Both the position numbers and the translations under genes were made by a program. DNA of 63,379 bases, counting the filler, from Octopus bimaculoides (lineage: Eukaryota), in assembly GCF_001194135.2 (NCBI RefSeq). It is 5 parts of 5 records of this genome, joined end to end, with 100 filler letters (N's around TTAATTAATTAA, not from the genome) between each part and the next. Parts side by side here need not be neighbours in the genome. Positions count along the whole stretch, not along the records: positions 48,263 to 61,861 come from NC_068988.1; positions 61,962 to 63,379 come from NW_026336876.1; 3 more parts are not named here. One strand, written 5' to 3'. This document shows, piece by piece, positions 50,921-62,739 of this stretch. Below the pieces are notes generated by a model, which saw only the letters and a program-made list of their open reading frames with translations, was not told the origin of the DNA and made no database searches. Positions within the stretch are counted from its first letter, which is position 1. Every line of letters begins with the position of its first letter.

Positions 50921-51703
50921 GCTTAGTTTGTTTACGTTCCCTTAACAGCGTTTCGGCAATAAGAGACTGATTGAATAAGTACCCGATTTAAAATAGAACT
51001 ACATTATCCAACGAAGGCAGGGTGCGATTTGAGGGTATTCATGATTTGATATGCACATGGATATGCATCAGTTTACCTTCGTGGGTGTTTGCTGTTTGGT
51101 GTTCGAGTTTGTGTATAAACTGAATCCGCATGCCTGCTCGTGTACATATTTTCATGTTCAGTTTTATGCAAACACATACGTACACGTATCGCACACGCAG
51201 AATAATATAAGTATAACCCACTCCAAAATTTCCCCCAAACTTCTTGAAAAATGGAAAAGAACACGTGGAATATTATTGTTCTAAGTACAATATACTGGGA
51301 ATAAAATATAAGATAAATACAATTGAAATATCAACTTGATCAAAGCACCACCTACATCAATATCATTACAAGTCAACAGGGCCATTGAAGCAGCCACTTT
51401 GCGGCCCTACAAGCTGGAAATAGCAACCAAGTTCATCATTTGATATTTTACCCTCTTAAAAATAGAAAGGGCATAATGACTAATGTAATCGTTAAGAAGT
51501 TGCTCAACCAAGCCTATCTAGCGCAAAACGACAACGAGGACCACAACAACAACGTTACTATCGTAAGCTAACAAGGGAATGTCTTAACTATTACTCGATC
51601 AACTAGAGATAGCAGTCAAATTTTAAACACATTAAAAACCATTATCTTAAAAGAATATTATGGATATTACATAATATCTAAAAAGGAAGACAGAATTCTG
51701 CTT

Positions 51704-51835
51704 TAACCCCTCATAATTTTTTTTTTTTCTTTAGGAATTAATGCTTCTGGATAATCGTGATTTCCCGTATGTAAAACTCAAATTTTCAAAAACAATTCTG
51801 AAAATTCCCCAAACTCAAAAAGTTATGAGGGGTTA
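51704..51835. mobile_element. Small MITE with ~19-bp TIRs
   Basis: taacccctcataatttttt ... aaaaagttatgaggggtta (1 mismatch). Confidence 0.6.
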
Positions 51836-52069
51836 TACGGCGTGCTTAATGAAGAATTCTGCCAAAAGAAAAAGAAAAAAAAACGAGGGTGACTACACCA
51901 GTGATGCTTTTAATTGTTGGTCTGCGGCAGAAGACCTGAGGCTAACCAACAATAACAACAACGTTCGAATCTGTGTTGTTAGATATGGCAACGGGATCGC
52001 CTTTAAATCAGAACATAGTCTTGAAAAGAGGCAGGGTACATATAGTCTCGGGTGTGTCTGAAAAAAAAA

Positions 52070-52415
52070 AAAAACCAAAACACTCGATAATGTAGTCCTA
52101 AATACACTATGTATACTATTAGAATTTGTCATGCTTCCGCCCGCGATGGCCACGGATGGAAGGCATTTGATCATAAAAATAGAGCTGGGTTCAGGGCTGA
52201 CCAGGGACGGAATGATAGCAACAATAACAACAGTGTGAACCAACGTGTGAGCCTCTGTGCCTGCTAGATTTCGTAGAAATAGCAGTCAAATCTCCCGTAA
52301 GTCACACTTAAGCGGCCTTCATAAGGACTGATACATTAAAAAATATATTCATGCATACAGTTAAATAGACAGAAACTGGATGGGCATCGCTGGAATGTCT
52401 TTGATTGTTAGTCTG
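52070..52415 (+). repeat. Unclassified dispersed repeat family (E), two partial copies
   Basis: gataatgtagtccta...gatggccacggatggaaggcatttgat and gaaatagcagtcaaatctccc...gctggaatgtctttgat. The same blocks occur at 54590-54950 and ~55290-55370. Confidence 0.65.
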
Positions 52416-52485
52416 CTGGATCGGGAGTGTCCAGGATTAAACAATAACAACAACAGAACTCGACATTTTATGTAATTTTACTTAC

Positions 52486-52860
52486 CGAAAAGTAAGGTTT
52501 TCCATCCTTTACGCCGCCAATTATAATATCAGAGTTTCTCATACTACCGTCCGGCGATAAACCGAACCCCACGTATCCTGTCGAATTCACCCGAACTTGA
52601 AACTGGATCGAACATTTATTAAACTTCCACGACAAGCGGTACTTTTCGTAAGGATCCAGAAATAAGCTATGGAAATATTTTGTAGAGGTGGTGATACTGG
52701 CCCCGTTGTGGACATTGTAGTTGGTGTTTGTCGTACTGGCGATGATGATGTTGGTGGAACTGGTAGTGCTGCTAATGGTACCGTACAGAGAGGCAAGAAT
52801 TAGTAGTAATAGCAACAAGTGCTTAGTTTGTTCGACAAAATCCATTAATTTACTTGCCAT
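52486..52860 (-). CDS. MOXD1: First coding exon of a DBH-like monooxygenase (MOXD1-like): signal peptide, Ser/Thr-rich spacer and N-terminal half of a DOMON domain
   Basis: ATG at 52860 in AGCATGG context (the ORF track's start at 52869 is a TTG). 125 codons: hydrophobic LLLLLLILASLYG, then LDPYEKYRLSWKF...FQVRVNSTGYVGFGLSPDGSMRNSDIIIGGVKDGKPYFS. Phase-0 donor G|GTAAGT at 52486/52485. Other DOMON-domain proteins cannot be excluded from one exon. Confidence 0.75.
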
Positions 52861-53528
52861 GCTTGACAACTACAGCATCTAAACTAACAGCTTCCTAACC
52901 GATACAGAATCAACTTACCTCCCTACCCATTCACTGAACCACCTTTTTTCTCCTGAAACCCCCGTTCCACACCTACCAATTCTCACTTTCACTTACAAGC
53001 GCACGCGCACACACAATCTCTCTCTCCCTCTCTCTCACACTCTCTCTCTCTTTCTCGCTCACTCACCCCATCCCTCTTCTCTGTCTATCTGTCTATCTTA
53101 TCTATTAGTTTCTCTATCACTTTCGTCTATCTGCCACTTTCTCTGTTTGTATATACATACATACATTCATATATATATATATATATATTTGGAAGTGTGC
53201 GTGTATATTTAAATGTTTGCGTATGGGTGAGTAGGGGATGATATATGTGTATACGTATTTATAAATGTTTCTACATGCGTATATAATTGTGCGAATGAAT
53301 ATCTATGTGTATGTGTGCCTGTATGATTATAGGTATGCATAAATACGTCTTCATCGTACTCCTTTACGTCTCTCACTAATTTGACTTTTTAATATTGCCC
53401 GTTACTCTTTCCCTCTAGCCTCACCCTGTCTTTTTCTCTCTCTCTTTCCCTCTCTCCTTCTTTTTTCCTGTCTTTTTTTTTACATACATATACGTGTGTG
53501 AGTGCATAAAGTATGCATATATATATAA

Positions 53529-53575
<47 letters not shown>

Positions 53576-54299
53576 TATATGCATATATATNNNNNNNNNN
53601 NNNNNNNNNNNNNNNNNNNNNNNNNNNNNNNNNNNNNNNNNNNNNNNNNNNNNNNNNNNNNNNNNNNNNNNNNNNNNNNNNNNNNNNNNNNNNNNNNNNN
53701 NNNNNNNNNNNNNNNNNNNNNNNNNNNNNNNNNNNNNNNNNNNNNNNNNNNNNNNNNNNNNNNNNNNNNNNNNNNNNNNNNNNNNNNNNNNNNNNNNNNN
53801 NNNNNNNNNNNNNNNNNNNNNNNNNNNNNNNNNNNNNNNNNNNNNNNNNNNNNNNNNNNNNNNNNNNNNNNNNNNNNNNNNNNNNNNNNNNNNNNNNNNN
53901 NNNNNNNNNNNNNNNNNNNNNNNNNNNNNNNNNNNNNNNNNNNNNNNNNNNNNNNNNNNNNNNNNNNNNNNNNNNNNNNNNNNNNNNNNNNNNNNNNNNN
54001 NNNNNNNNNNNNNNNNNNNNNNNNNNNNNNNNNNNNNNNNNNNNNNNNNNNNNNNNNNNNNNNNNNNNNNNNNNNNNNNNNNNNNNNNNNNNNNNNNNNN
54101 NNNNNNNNNNNNNNNNNNNNNNNNNNNNNNNNNNNNNNNNNNNNNNNNNNNNNNNNNNNNNNNNNNNNNNNNNNNNNNNNNNNNNNNNNNNNNNNNNNNN
54201 NNNNNNNNNNNNNNNNNNNNNNNNNNNNNNNNNNNNNNNNNNNNNNNNNNNNNNNNNNNNNNNNNNNNNNNNNNNNNNNNNNNNNNNNNNNNNNNNNNN

Positions 54300-54505
54300 G
54301 GACTAAACCCTCGTGAGTGGATTTGGTAGACGGAAACTGAGAGATGCCCATCGTATATATATATATATATATATATATGTTTGTATTTCTGTGTTTGTCC
54401 CCCCCCCACCCACCTACCATCGCTTGACAAGCGATGCTGGTGTGTTTACGTCCCCGTATCTAGTCGTTCGACTAAAGGCGGTGCTCCAGTATGGCCGCAG
54501 TCAAA
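54300..54505 (+). mobile_element. SINE family C, 3' two-thirds after a gap
   Basis: gtgagtggatttggtagacggaaactga...(TA)n...ccatcgcttgacaa...ggcggtgctccagtatggccgcagtcaaatga. Confidence 0.85.
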
Positions 54506-54549
54506 TGATAACAAAATGTATTTTACTGTGAAGACAAAGTAGCCTTAAC

Positions 54550-54960
54550 ACGTATATCAACGAGAATGCCTTTATATCGTCTACAAAACTGCTAGAAATA
54601 ACAGCCAAATCTCCCTCAAATCACAGCCTGCAGTCTTAAGAACGGGAAGGACACATTAGTTAATGTAGTCCCAGATACTCGTAAAGATGGCATGGTCTTG
54701 AATGGAGAGTATTCGATGATAGACCTACCTGCTCAGAGTTACCCAGGTGCTAAACATCTACAAACCAACAAAAAGCTTCTACGCGACAACTCGATTTGTT
54801 AGACATAGTAGCCAAGTACCCTAACATTCTCGTCCTCTTATCTCATCCTTAAAAAAGCGAGGGATACAGTGGATAATATAGTTTGTATTGTACTGTGTCT
54901 ATATAAAAGACAAGATGGTCGTGGCTGGAATGCCTTTGATGATAGTACTGATTTGGAGCA
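54550..54960 (+). repeat. Repeat family E, two tandem partial copies upstream of the MOXD1-like exon
   Basis: gaaataacagccaaatctccctcaaatcac...aatgtagtcccagatac and ggataatatagt...gatggtcgtggctggaatgcctttgat. Confidence 0.65.
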
Positions 54961-55372
54961 ATAATTGTTATGCTACAGCCCTCAAAGACGAAATGATTAC
55001 AATTGAAATGCGATCCATTAAGGTTTTAGAAGATCTGGGTTGACCAAAGGCTAAAACAAACGGCAACTTTAGCAGCAGCTGTGAAGCAGCAGCTGTGAAG
55101 CAGCAGCGACGTATTTACAATTTATAAAAAAAAATGTCCACATGAAAGAAATCTCTAAAACCGATTTGTCATCCGCATCATTTATTTTTATTGCTCGTAA
55201 ATTTTGGGGAGTTGTTCATTACACGCAGAAATTGTCATTGATTGATCCAAGCTAACGTGGATGCCTCTCTACGAGTTACACGACCTATTAGAAATTGCCG
55301 GCTAAATTTTCCTCAAATAGCGTACTACCGTCTTACAAAGAAAAAAAAAGAAGAAAATGTCACTGTTATCCT

Positions 55373-55730
55373 AGGCGCAGGTGTGGCTGTGTGGTGAGAA
55401 GTTTGCTTCCCAACAACATGGTTCTGAGTTCAGTGCCAATGAGTAGCACCTTGGGCAAATGTCTTCTACTATAGCCTTGAACCGACCAAAACCTTGTAGA
55501 TTTGATTTAGTAAACAGAAACTGAAAGAAGACCGTCGTGTGTGTGTGTGACGGGTTTCTTTCAGTTTTCGTCTACCAAATCCACTCAATGTTTTGGTCAG
55601 CTCAGGGCTATAGTAGAAGGCTTTAAAAAAAATTAGGTACCAGGGTTAATATGTTCGACTAAAAGTCGTTAAGGTGGTGTTCCAGCATGGCCGCAGTTCA
55701 GTGACTGAAACAAGTAAAAGATAAAGGATT
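55373..55730 (+). mobile_element. Rearranged SINE family C with an internal inverted duplication
   Basis: The head (55373-55537) is followed by (GT)n and then the reverse complement of the same segment (~55549-55618), then the normal 3' end. Confidence 0.8.
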
Positions 55731-55812
55731 AAGATAATTCTGCTTAATTAGATCAAGGGTACTTGAAGCTAAATAACAACAACTTCCAGTGAATTTTGAA
55801 AACCAATATATT

Positions 55813-55987
55813 TTACAGAACGGTTTCATGCTGAAGAACCTTTCAAATTTTGGATAGGTAAGCAAAAATCATCGGACATGGCTGAACGAAAACGCAGAGC
55901 TTCCATTTAATCATATTCGATAATTGTTAATCGTTTATACTTATGCTCAAAATTTTGAAGGTTCTTCAACTTGAAACCGTTCGGTAA
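55813..55987. mobile_element. MITE with ~40-bp TIRs
   Basis: ttacagaacggtttcatgctgaagaacctttcaaattttg vs reverse complement of the right end ttaccgaacggtttcaagttgaagaaccttcaaaattttg. Confidence 0.75.
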
Positions 55988-56139
55988 CATAAATTGGTTG
56001 TTATGAGACTAAATTTGTATTACATAAGCCAAGGCAATTTTTTGCTATAACGTGTGGTTAACATATTTAAACAGAAGGATGAAAAAAAAAGGCGGGCTAA
56101 ATAATATTATTAAAGATTACGGATCTTTGGGGTTTGACG

Positions 56140-56912
56140 GGGAACATTTTTTTTGTAGTGTTTTTGGTACCGAAACACTTTCAAACTTCGAATATTTGTA
56201 TATTTTGTGGTATAGAACAGATAAAAAATTTTGTATTCGAAGTTATCTTATGTAAAAAATTGTCGTATTTCGGTAATTTCAACCAATCACTGACGTCTAT
56301 TGAGGTGAAAACAATTAATGCCGTAACGGTGTCATGGGATCTTTTCCCTTGAATAAAATTAGTCCCGTTGTTTGTCAACAACAACTACCCATGTTACTCT
56401 TATTTATGACATCGTTCGTGCGTTTGTACTGGTTTTAGCTTTAGGGTTTTAGGGTTAGGGTTCGGGTTTTAGAGTTAAGGTTAGTTTTAGGATTACGGTT
56501 AGGNNNNNNNNNNNNNNNNNNNNNNNNNNNNNNNNNNNNNNNNNNNNNNNNNNNNNNNNNNNNNNNNNNNNNNNNNNNNNNNNNNNNNNNNNNNNNNNNN
56601 NNNNNNNNNNNNNNNNNNNNNNNNNNNNNNNNNNNNNNNNAACCCTAACCCTAAAACCCTAAACCCTTACTAGGGAATAATGCTATAATTAAACAGGGAA
56701 TAACACACTTGACACCGAACAGCAGTAACTGTATACAGCTGAATAGACGTCAGTGATTGGTTGAAATTACAGAAATACGACAACTTTAACATGAAATAAC
56801 TTGCGATGTACAATTTTTTGTTAAGAAGGTTAAAAGAAGAAGTTGTTTTATATGACACATTCTACCAGTGTCTCAAGTTTGAAAGTGTTTCGTTAAGAAA
56901 ACAAATGTTGCC
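56140..56912. repeat. Fold-back structure: ~200-bp inverted arms around converging degenerate (TTAGGG)n / (CCCTAA)n tracts, with a gap in the centre
   Basis: 41-bp arm core ~56261-56301 vs ~56742-56782 with 1 mismatch. Shared cgaaacactttcaaactt. Telomere-like repeats at ~56435-56503 and 56641-56665. Confidence 0.75.
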
Positions 56913-57325
56913 CGTCAAATACCAAAGATCCAAGATTACATTCTATTCAGTGATCTCCTCCAATGTGCTGGGATTTTTTTTTTCTTAATAAAGGGAGCGA
57001 TTTGGTGATGAATTAGTTGCTATTTCTAGTAATTCAAATGACTGCATAAAATAAAGCTCTCATTAGCTTGCTTAATAGTTCCTCAATTTGAATGAGATAT
57101 ACCTTTGAATATTATATGTTCGTGCCACTTCAAAATGCCATCGCGATTTCAATTCTAGTTATGAGTCATTCCCCACCTCCTAACATAGCTGACAGACTCT
57201 GCGTTAAACCGTCCGCCATAGTTGCGCCTATGTATATGTATGTATGTATGTTTTTGTTTGCATAAATATATATATACATACATATATATATGCATGCATG
57301 TATGTATGTATGCATGTATGTCTTT

Positions 57326-57558
57326 TCAATTCTAGGCACAAGGCCTGAAATGTTTAGGGACCAGTCGATTAGATCGACCCCAGTGCGCAACTGGTACTTA
57401 AGGATGAAAGATACGAAAGGATGAAAGATACGAAAGGATGAAAGATACGAAAGGATGAAAGGCAAAGTCGACGTCGGCGGAATTTGAGCTCAGAACATAA
57501 AGGCAGATGAAATACCGCTAAGCATTTCACCCGGCGTGCTAACGATTCTGTCAGCTCG
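57326..57558 (-). mobile_element. SINE family A with an internal 17-bp tandem expansion
   Basis: AAGGATGAAAGATACGA x3 at 57400-57450 plus a partial unit. Confidence 0.85.
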
Positions 57559-57559
57559 A

Positions 57560-57621
57560 TATATATATATACATACATACATTTATGTATGTATGGATGT
57601 GTATATATACATATGTATGTA

Positions 57622-57702
<81 letters not shown>

Positions 57703-57719
57703 GTATGTGTGTGTGTATA

Positions 57720-57763
<44 letters not shown>

Positions 57764-57800
57764 ATATATGCATGTATGTATGTATACATGTGTCTATATA
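57560..57800. repeat. (TA)n/(TG)n microsatellite block
   Basis: Direct inspection. Confidence 0.95.
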
Positions 57801-57809
57801 TATTAAACA

Positions 57810-58335
57810 AAATATTTCGAAAATTGAATCACCCGAGAAGTCATTTACTAAAAGAATTAACGGCATGACTGATCTCGATCATAAGGACCGCCTTAAAGCA
57901 TTGAAGCTCTATTCTCTCCAGCGCCGCCGTGAGCGATACATCATTTGCACGATATGGAGAATATACCACCAGCATTGCCCAAACGATCTCAGCATTAGCT
58001 TCAAAATTCATCCAAGGCTAGGACCACGGGCCATACGCCCTACCCAATTCAGAAACACAACACATAAATATATTGCAACACAACTTCTTTTCCTATTTAA
58101 CATTGTCCCGAAACAGATCAAAGAGGAAACGAATCCCAACACCTTTAAACGGAACCTGGACAAATTTCCTCAAGGAATACTAGATAAGCCACCTATACCT
58201 GGATACGACTCTCTCAACAAGAACTGCCTATTCGAATGGACCACAAAACTTGACTTAAAGCGGATTTAGCTAATCCTTTCAGGTGGTGCTATTAAGTTAG
58301 GCATGGCCTGGACCAATCTTTGGTCGAAACATATC
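57810..58335 (+). mobile_element. CR1-group LINE 3' end
   Basis: [33 protein letters not shown]...LFNIVPKQIK...FKRNLDKF, followed by a short 3' UTR with a gacca...tggtc stem-loop. Confidence 0.8.
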
Positions 58336-58344
58336 TAAGTTATC

Positions 58345-58555
58345 TTGTAGTGGATTGGTGTAAGGCAGAAGGCATATACCTGCCGAATGAGGCCAATGCA
58401 GAGAGTATAAAACAGTTTAGGCCGATATCCCTATTGAATGTGGGAGGTAAGATCTTTATGAGAATTCTCTCAAGGAGAGCAGTGACGTATTTACAGAGTA
58501 ATGGATATGTTGATGAATCTGTTCAAAAGGCCGGAATCCCTGAGATCCCTGGTTA
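58345..58555 (+). mobile_element. RT fragment of an RLE-type (Hero/NeSL-like) LINE
   Basis: WCKAEGIYLP...QFRPISLLNVGGKIF...YLQSNGYVDESVQKAGIP. Confidence 0.65.
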
Positions 58556-58705
58556 AGAAACTCGCCTTGAAACTACATGGTTTCGGGCTCAGTCTCATTG
58601 CGAGGTGTGCCTTCTACCATAGTGCCGGGCCGATGAATGCCTTGTGAGTGACTTAGATAGAGGAAGCTGTGTGGCAGCAACTTGTACATACACATGCACA
58701 GGGTA

Positions 58706-59842
58706 CAAGGGGTATTTGAGGACATTTAATCATCAGTTTATTACACTTTTCAGACCAACTAAAGGGGTTTTATTTCTTCCAGATTCTCCATACCAGATAA
58801 ACTATAAACACAAGAAATGAAAAGACATGCAGTCATTGTTGTTATATGCGCGAAACACTGCATTTTCGTAAATGCCAACTTTCTGAATACAGCAAGATCT
58901 ATTCTCCACAAAGTTCGGAGGGAATTGGAAACCTCTGGTGTTAATGTCTCAAGGGGCATCAAACAGGTTCAAAACCTTATCAATGATGGTCCCGGAAAAT
59001 CAACGAGGGCAATCGCCAAAGAACCTCAGGTGTCGAAGTGAACTATTAGAACTGTAGTGCACGAAGACGTTTGATACAAATCGTATGTACTTAGGAGAGG
59101 CCAATTTTTTGTGCAAAGATACAGAAAAACCGTTTGATCCGTAATAAGTGGTTACTTTAAAATGTTAAAAACTCTTATGAACATGGCATGTTTTGATTCT
59201 TCTCTGATGAGAAAAACTTCGACCAAAACCAAAAAAAGAGAAATGACAGATGGTTATATGCAGATCCTTCGGATGTACCCAGAGTGATGAATGCTAAGTT
59301 TCCAACAACTGTGATGGTTTTAGGAGTGGTGAGTAACGAAGGTCATGTCATACCACCTTACATCTTTCCATGGGGCTTTTGGATTAATGCTGCTGAATAC
59401 TTTGAAGTCTGGAAGCAGTTGTTAATTACTTGATGGATGAAGTACACAGGGCAAGCTTCAGCACCTTCTCACATAGATCAGCTAACCCAATAATGGATAT
59501 CCTATCAATCTTTACGTTCATATACTACCAAATTCGTGGCCACCAAACTCGCCAGATTTAAATTCCATGGACTGCTACGTTTGGAGGAAAGACAGACTAA
59601 ACGATACCCTCATTATACCATAGTTTCACTGAAGGTGATCATTGTTTATGTGATAACGAAATGAATAAGGCCCATTTAAAGCCGGCATGTATTGAAGCAA
59701 TCATAGAAGATGGAAACGGATTCGAGAAAAATTTTATAAGAAAGCTTATCAAAATTATACGGGCAAATTTTTATGGAAATGCATTTGGTTTTTGCTAAAT
59801 TAGTTTTATTAAATTACCAAATATGTCCTCAAATACCTGTCA
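58706..59842 (+). mobile_element. Decayed maT/DD37D-like (Tc1/mariner superfamily) transposon
   Basis: MKRHAVIV..., FSDEKNF, VMVLGVVSNEGHVIPP, WPPNSPDLNSMDCYVW (third catalytic residue is D). TIR core ggtatttgaggacat at both ends. Confidence 0.8.
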
Positions 59843-59889
59843 TACTTTGTGTGTGTGTAAACATGTATGCGTGTGTGTGTTTATATGTG

Positions 59890-60234
59890 TATATGTCTGT
59901 GTGTCTGTGTTTGTATTTTTTCACCACCACTACTTGTCAATCGGTGTTGTTTTGTTTACGCCCCTGTAACAGAGGTTTAGCAAACTAAGACTGATAGGAT
60001 GTGCCAGGCATTAAACAAATCGTTCTGGAGACGAATTGTCGATTTGCTCGACTAAATCCTTCAAGTTGGTGCCCCAGCATGAGCGCAGTCTGGAAGCCTC
60101 TCAATCACATAGTTCCAGGTTCAGTCCCACTACGTGGTATCTTGAGCAATTTTTTTCTACTATAGCCTCGAGTCGACCAAAACCTTGTAAGTGAATTTGG
60201 TAGACTGAAAGAAACCCTTTGTATATATATACAT

Positions 60235-60284
<50 letters not shown>

Positions 60285-60490
60285 CCTTGTGGATGTATTT
60301 GTCCCCCACCACCGATTAACAAGCGGTGTTGGTGTGTTTACGTCCCCGTAACATAGCGGTTCGGCAAAAGAGACTGATAGAATAAGTACCAGCCTTAAAA
60401 AATAAACACTGAGGTCGATTCGTTCGACTAAAATTCTTCAAGGCGGTGCCCCAGTATGGCCGCAGTCTAATGACTGAAACAAGTGAAAGA
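59890..60490 (+). mobile_element. Two adjacent SINE family C copies (old 3' half plus a younger near-full copy)
   Basis: Both carry gtttacg(t/c)ccc...gtcgatt..tcgactaaa...ggtgccccag. The second has a central (TG)n. Confidence 0.8.
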
Positions 60491-61054
60491 ATTTGGCGAA
60501 AATTGAAAGGCTGAGAAAATGAGAAAACAAGCGTGCAAAGGAGTGGAGTTTGTGTGTTTCCTCGTTCTGACAGTGGAGAATTTTCGTTTGTTGCGGTTGA
60601 GCGATCACGAGGCGCAATGGGTAGTTGATGCAGCCGATAACAAGGAAGCAGTTAACACTTAAATAGACGTCTGGAGTACATGAAGCCAGCAAGTTCAAAG
60701 AGACGGAATCAATTGTAAATTGAAACGATATGGTGGGATAAAGGGGAAGAAAGAAAGTTAAGTCGGTGATGTAGGGTCTGATAGACTTGCTAAGAGATCT
60801 TTCGATTCGATTGAAAACATCGGTAAATAAGATGTGTGAACTTTTAAAGATGTTGTATCAGTAGTATTCCATGATAAGGTGGTCATTGTTGTTGTTATTA
60901 GTGATGGGGTCATGATCAATAGACAGGCAAAACGGGTTATCAAAAATTTTTAGAATACCCAGAAAAATTTAGATGATGTGGTTTATTTAAATCTAGATGA
61001 AGTGGTTCCTTTAAATCTAGATGAAGTGGTTCATTTTCAACAAGATATCGATAT

Positions 61055-61260
61055 CGAGGCAATATATTTATAATGTATATTTCTAGTACATATTTTGAGT
61101 ACGTATTTATAGTGTTTTTTTTTTTGTAATGTACATTGTAGAGAATATGTATGGAGTGTTTTTTTGTAGTGTATATTGTAGTGTATATTTGCAGTGTAAA
61201 TTTGCAGTGTATATTTGTAATATGTATTTATAGTGTATATTCGTAATGTGTATTCATAGG
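61055..61260. repeat. Degenerate ~12-13-bp minisatellite (AGTGTATATTTGT-like)
   Basis: Repeated agtgtatatt(t)g(c/t)a units. Confidence 0.75.
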
Positions 61261-61465
61261 GAAGTATGCAATGATGGAAATGGGTTTGGAGAAATAGGTT
61301 TACGGGAACTCCTGGCATCACAGAAGAGTCCATCAGAAGTGAACAAAATGATCACCTATTGACGTTTTGATCTCTGAATTTAGTCTTTAATATGAAGTAT
61401 ATATATTCAAAGTAAAGACCTCAAAATACTAGATGGTTCCCGTGTCGTTATATGTTTATCATTCA

Positions 61466-61861
61466 TTAAGGCAGCGAGCTGGCAGAATCGTTAGCACCCC
61501 GAGCGAAATACTTAGCGGTATTTCGTCTGCCGTTACGTTCTGAGTTCAAATTCCGCCGAGGTCGACTTTGCTTTCATCCTTTCGGGGTCGATAAATTAAG
61601 TACCAGTTACGCACTGGGGTCGATGTAATCGACTTAATACGTTTGTCTTTTCTTGTTTGTTCCCTCTATGTTTAGCCCCTTGTGGGCAATAACGAAATAG
61701 AAATAGGTATTTCGTCTGCACCTACGTTCTGGGTTCAAATTCCGCCGAGGTCGACTTTACCTTTCATCCTTTCGGGATCGATGAAATAAGTACCAGTTAC
61801 GCACTGAGGTCAATATAATCGACTAGCCCCCTTCCCCCAAAATTTTCAAGGCCTTGTGCCT
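61466..61861 (+). mobile_element. SINE family A (young, full head) followed by a second 3' portion
   Basis: taaggcagcgagctggcagaatcgttagc...gagttcaaattccgccgaggtcgac. The block repeats at ~61700-61861. Confidence 0.88.
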
Positions 61862-62104
61862 NNNNNNNNNNNNNNNNNNNNNNNNNNNNNNNNNNNNNNN
61901 NNNNNTTAATTAATTAANNNNNNNNNNNNNNNNNNNNNNNNNNNNNNNNNNNNNNNNNNNNATATATATATATATATATATATATCCATACACTCGCACA
62001 AACATGATATACACATACATAAACACATGCACATATATATGGATGGGTGGATGGATGCGTGTGTACGTGCATGAATATGCATAAAGCACTACGATTGCAA
62101 ACAT

Positions 62105-62565
62105 ATTGTGGTTACTTTAGCTATCAACGCATGTAAACACAAACCATGCAGAAAACAAAACGAAAAGCTCATTCACAAAATCTCCCCAACACCGCAAAAA
62201 ACACCACAACAACTATTATTGTTGGCAATATTTGGTGAAAGATTGCCAGCAGCTCTTCAAACAAAGGAATATTTAATAGACATGCAAACTATTACAAAAA
62301 AAGCACTAGAGAATAGTGGATTTACAATAGCAATTAAATTTACCTCCGAAACTATAACCCCAAATAATCCTCAGTTAGTGAAACAAAAGTCGTATAAAGC
62401 GTACTTGTAACATAATCTGGCTAAACGCTCCATAGAATTTCAATGAGGAATTCAGTATTGCTAAGAATGTCCTAAACTTTATTTAGAATAATTACTCCAC
62501 ATGACATATATATTCCAAACAGTTTAACAGAAAAAACTTAAAGGTAAATTACAGTTGTATGACAG
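62105..62565 (+). mobile_element. PLE remnant (RT thumb plus linker)
   Basis: SSNKGIFNRHANYYKKALENSGF...CNIIWLNAP*...FNRKNLKVNYSCM. Confidence 0.75.
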
Positions 62566-62739
62566 TTTCAAAGAAAGTCGTCGGGGGTTGATATTGGCTA
62601 TTATCGTCTTTTGGGGGTCGATAAAAAAAATAATAAATGGGGTCGATGTAATTGATTGCCACTCGTCTCAAAACTGCTGGATTTGTGCCAAAATTAGAAA
62701 GAATTATTATTATTGTTATTTTTCTTAATCTGCGTGTTT

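Noticed and set aside
58300-58340. ggacca...tggtc-GAAAC resembling hammerhead stem II
   Set aside because: No CUGANGA; better explained as the CR1 3' stem-loop.
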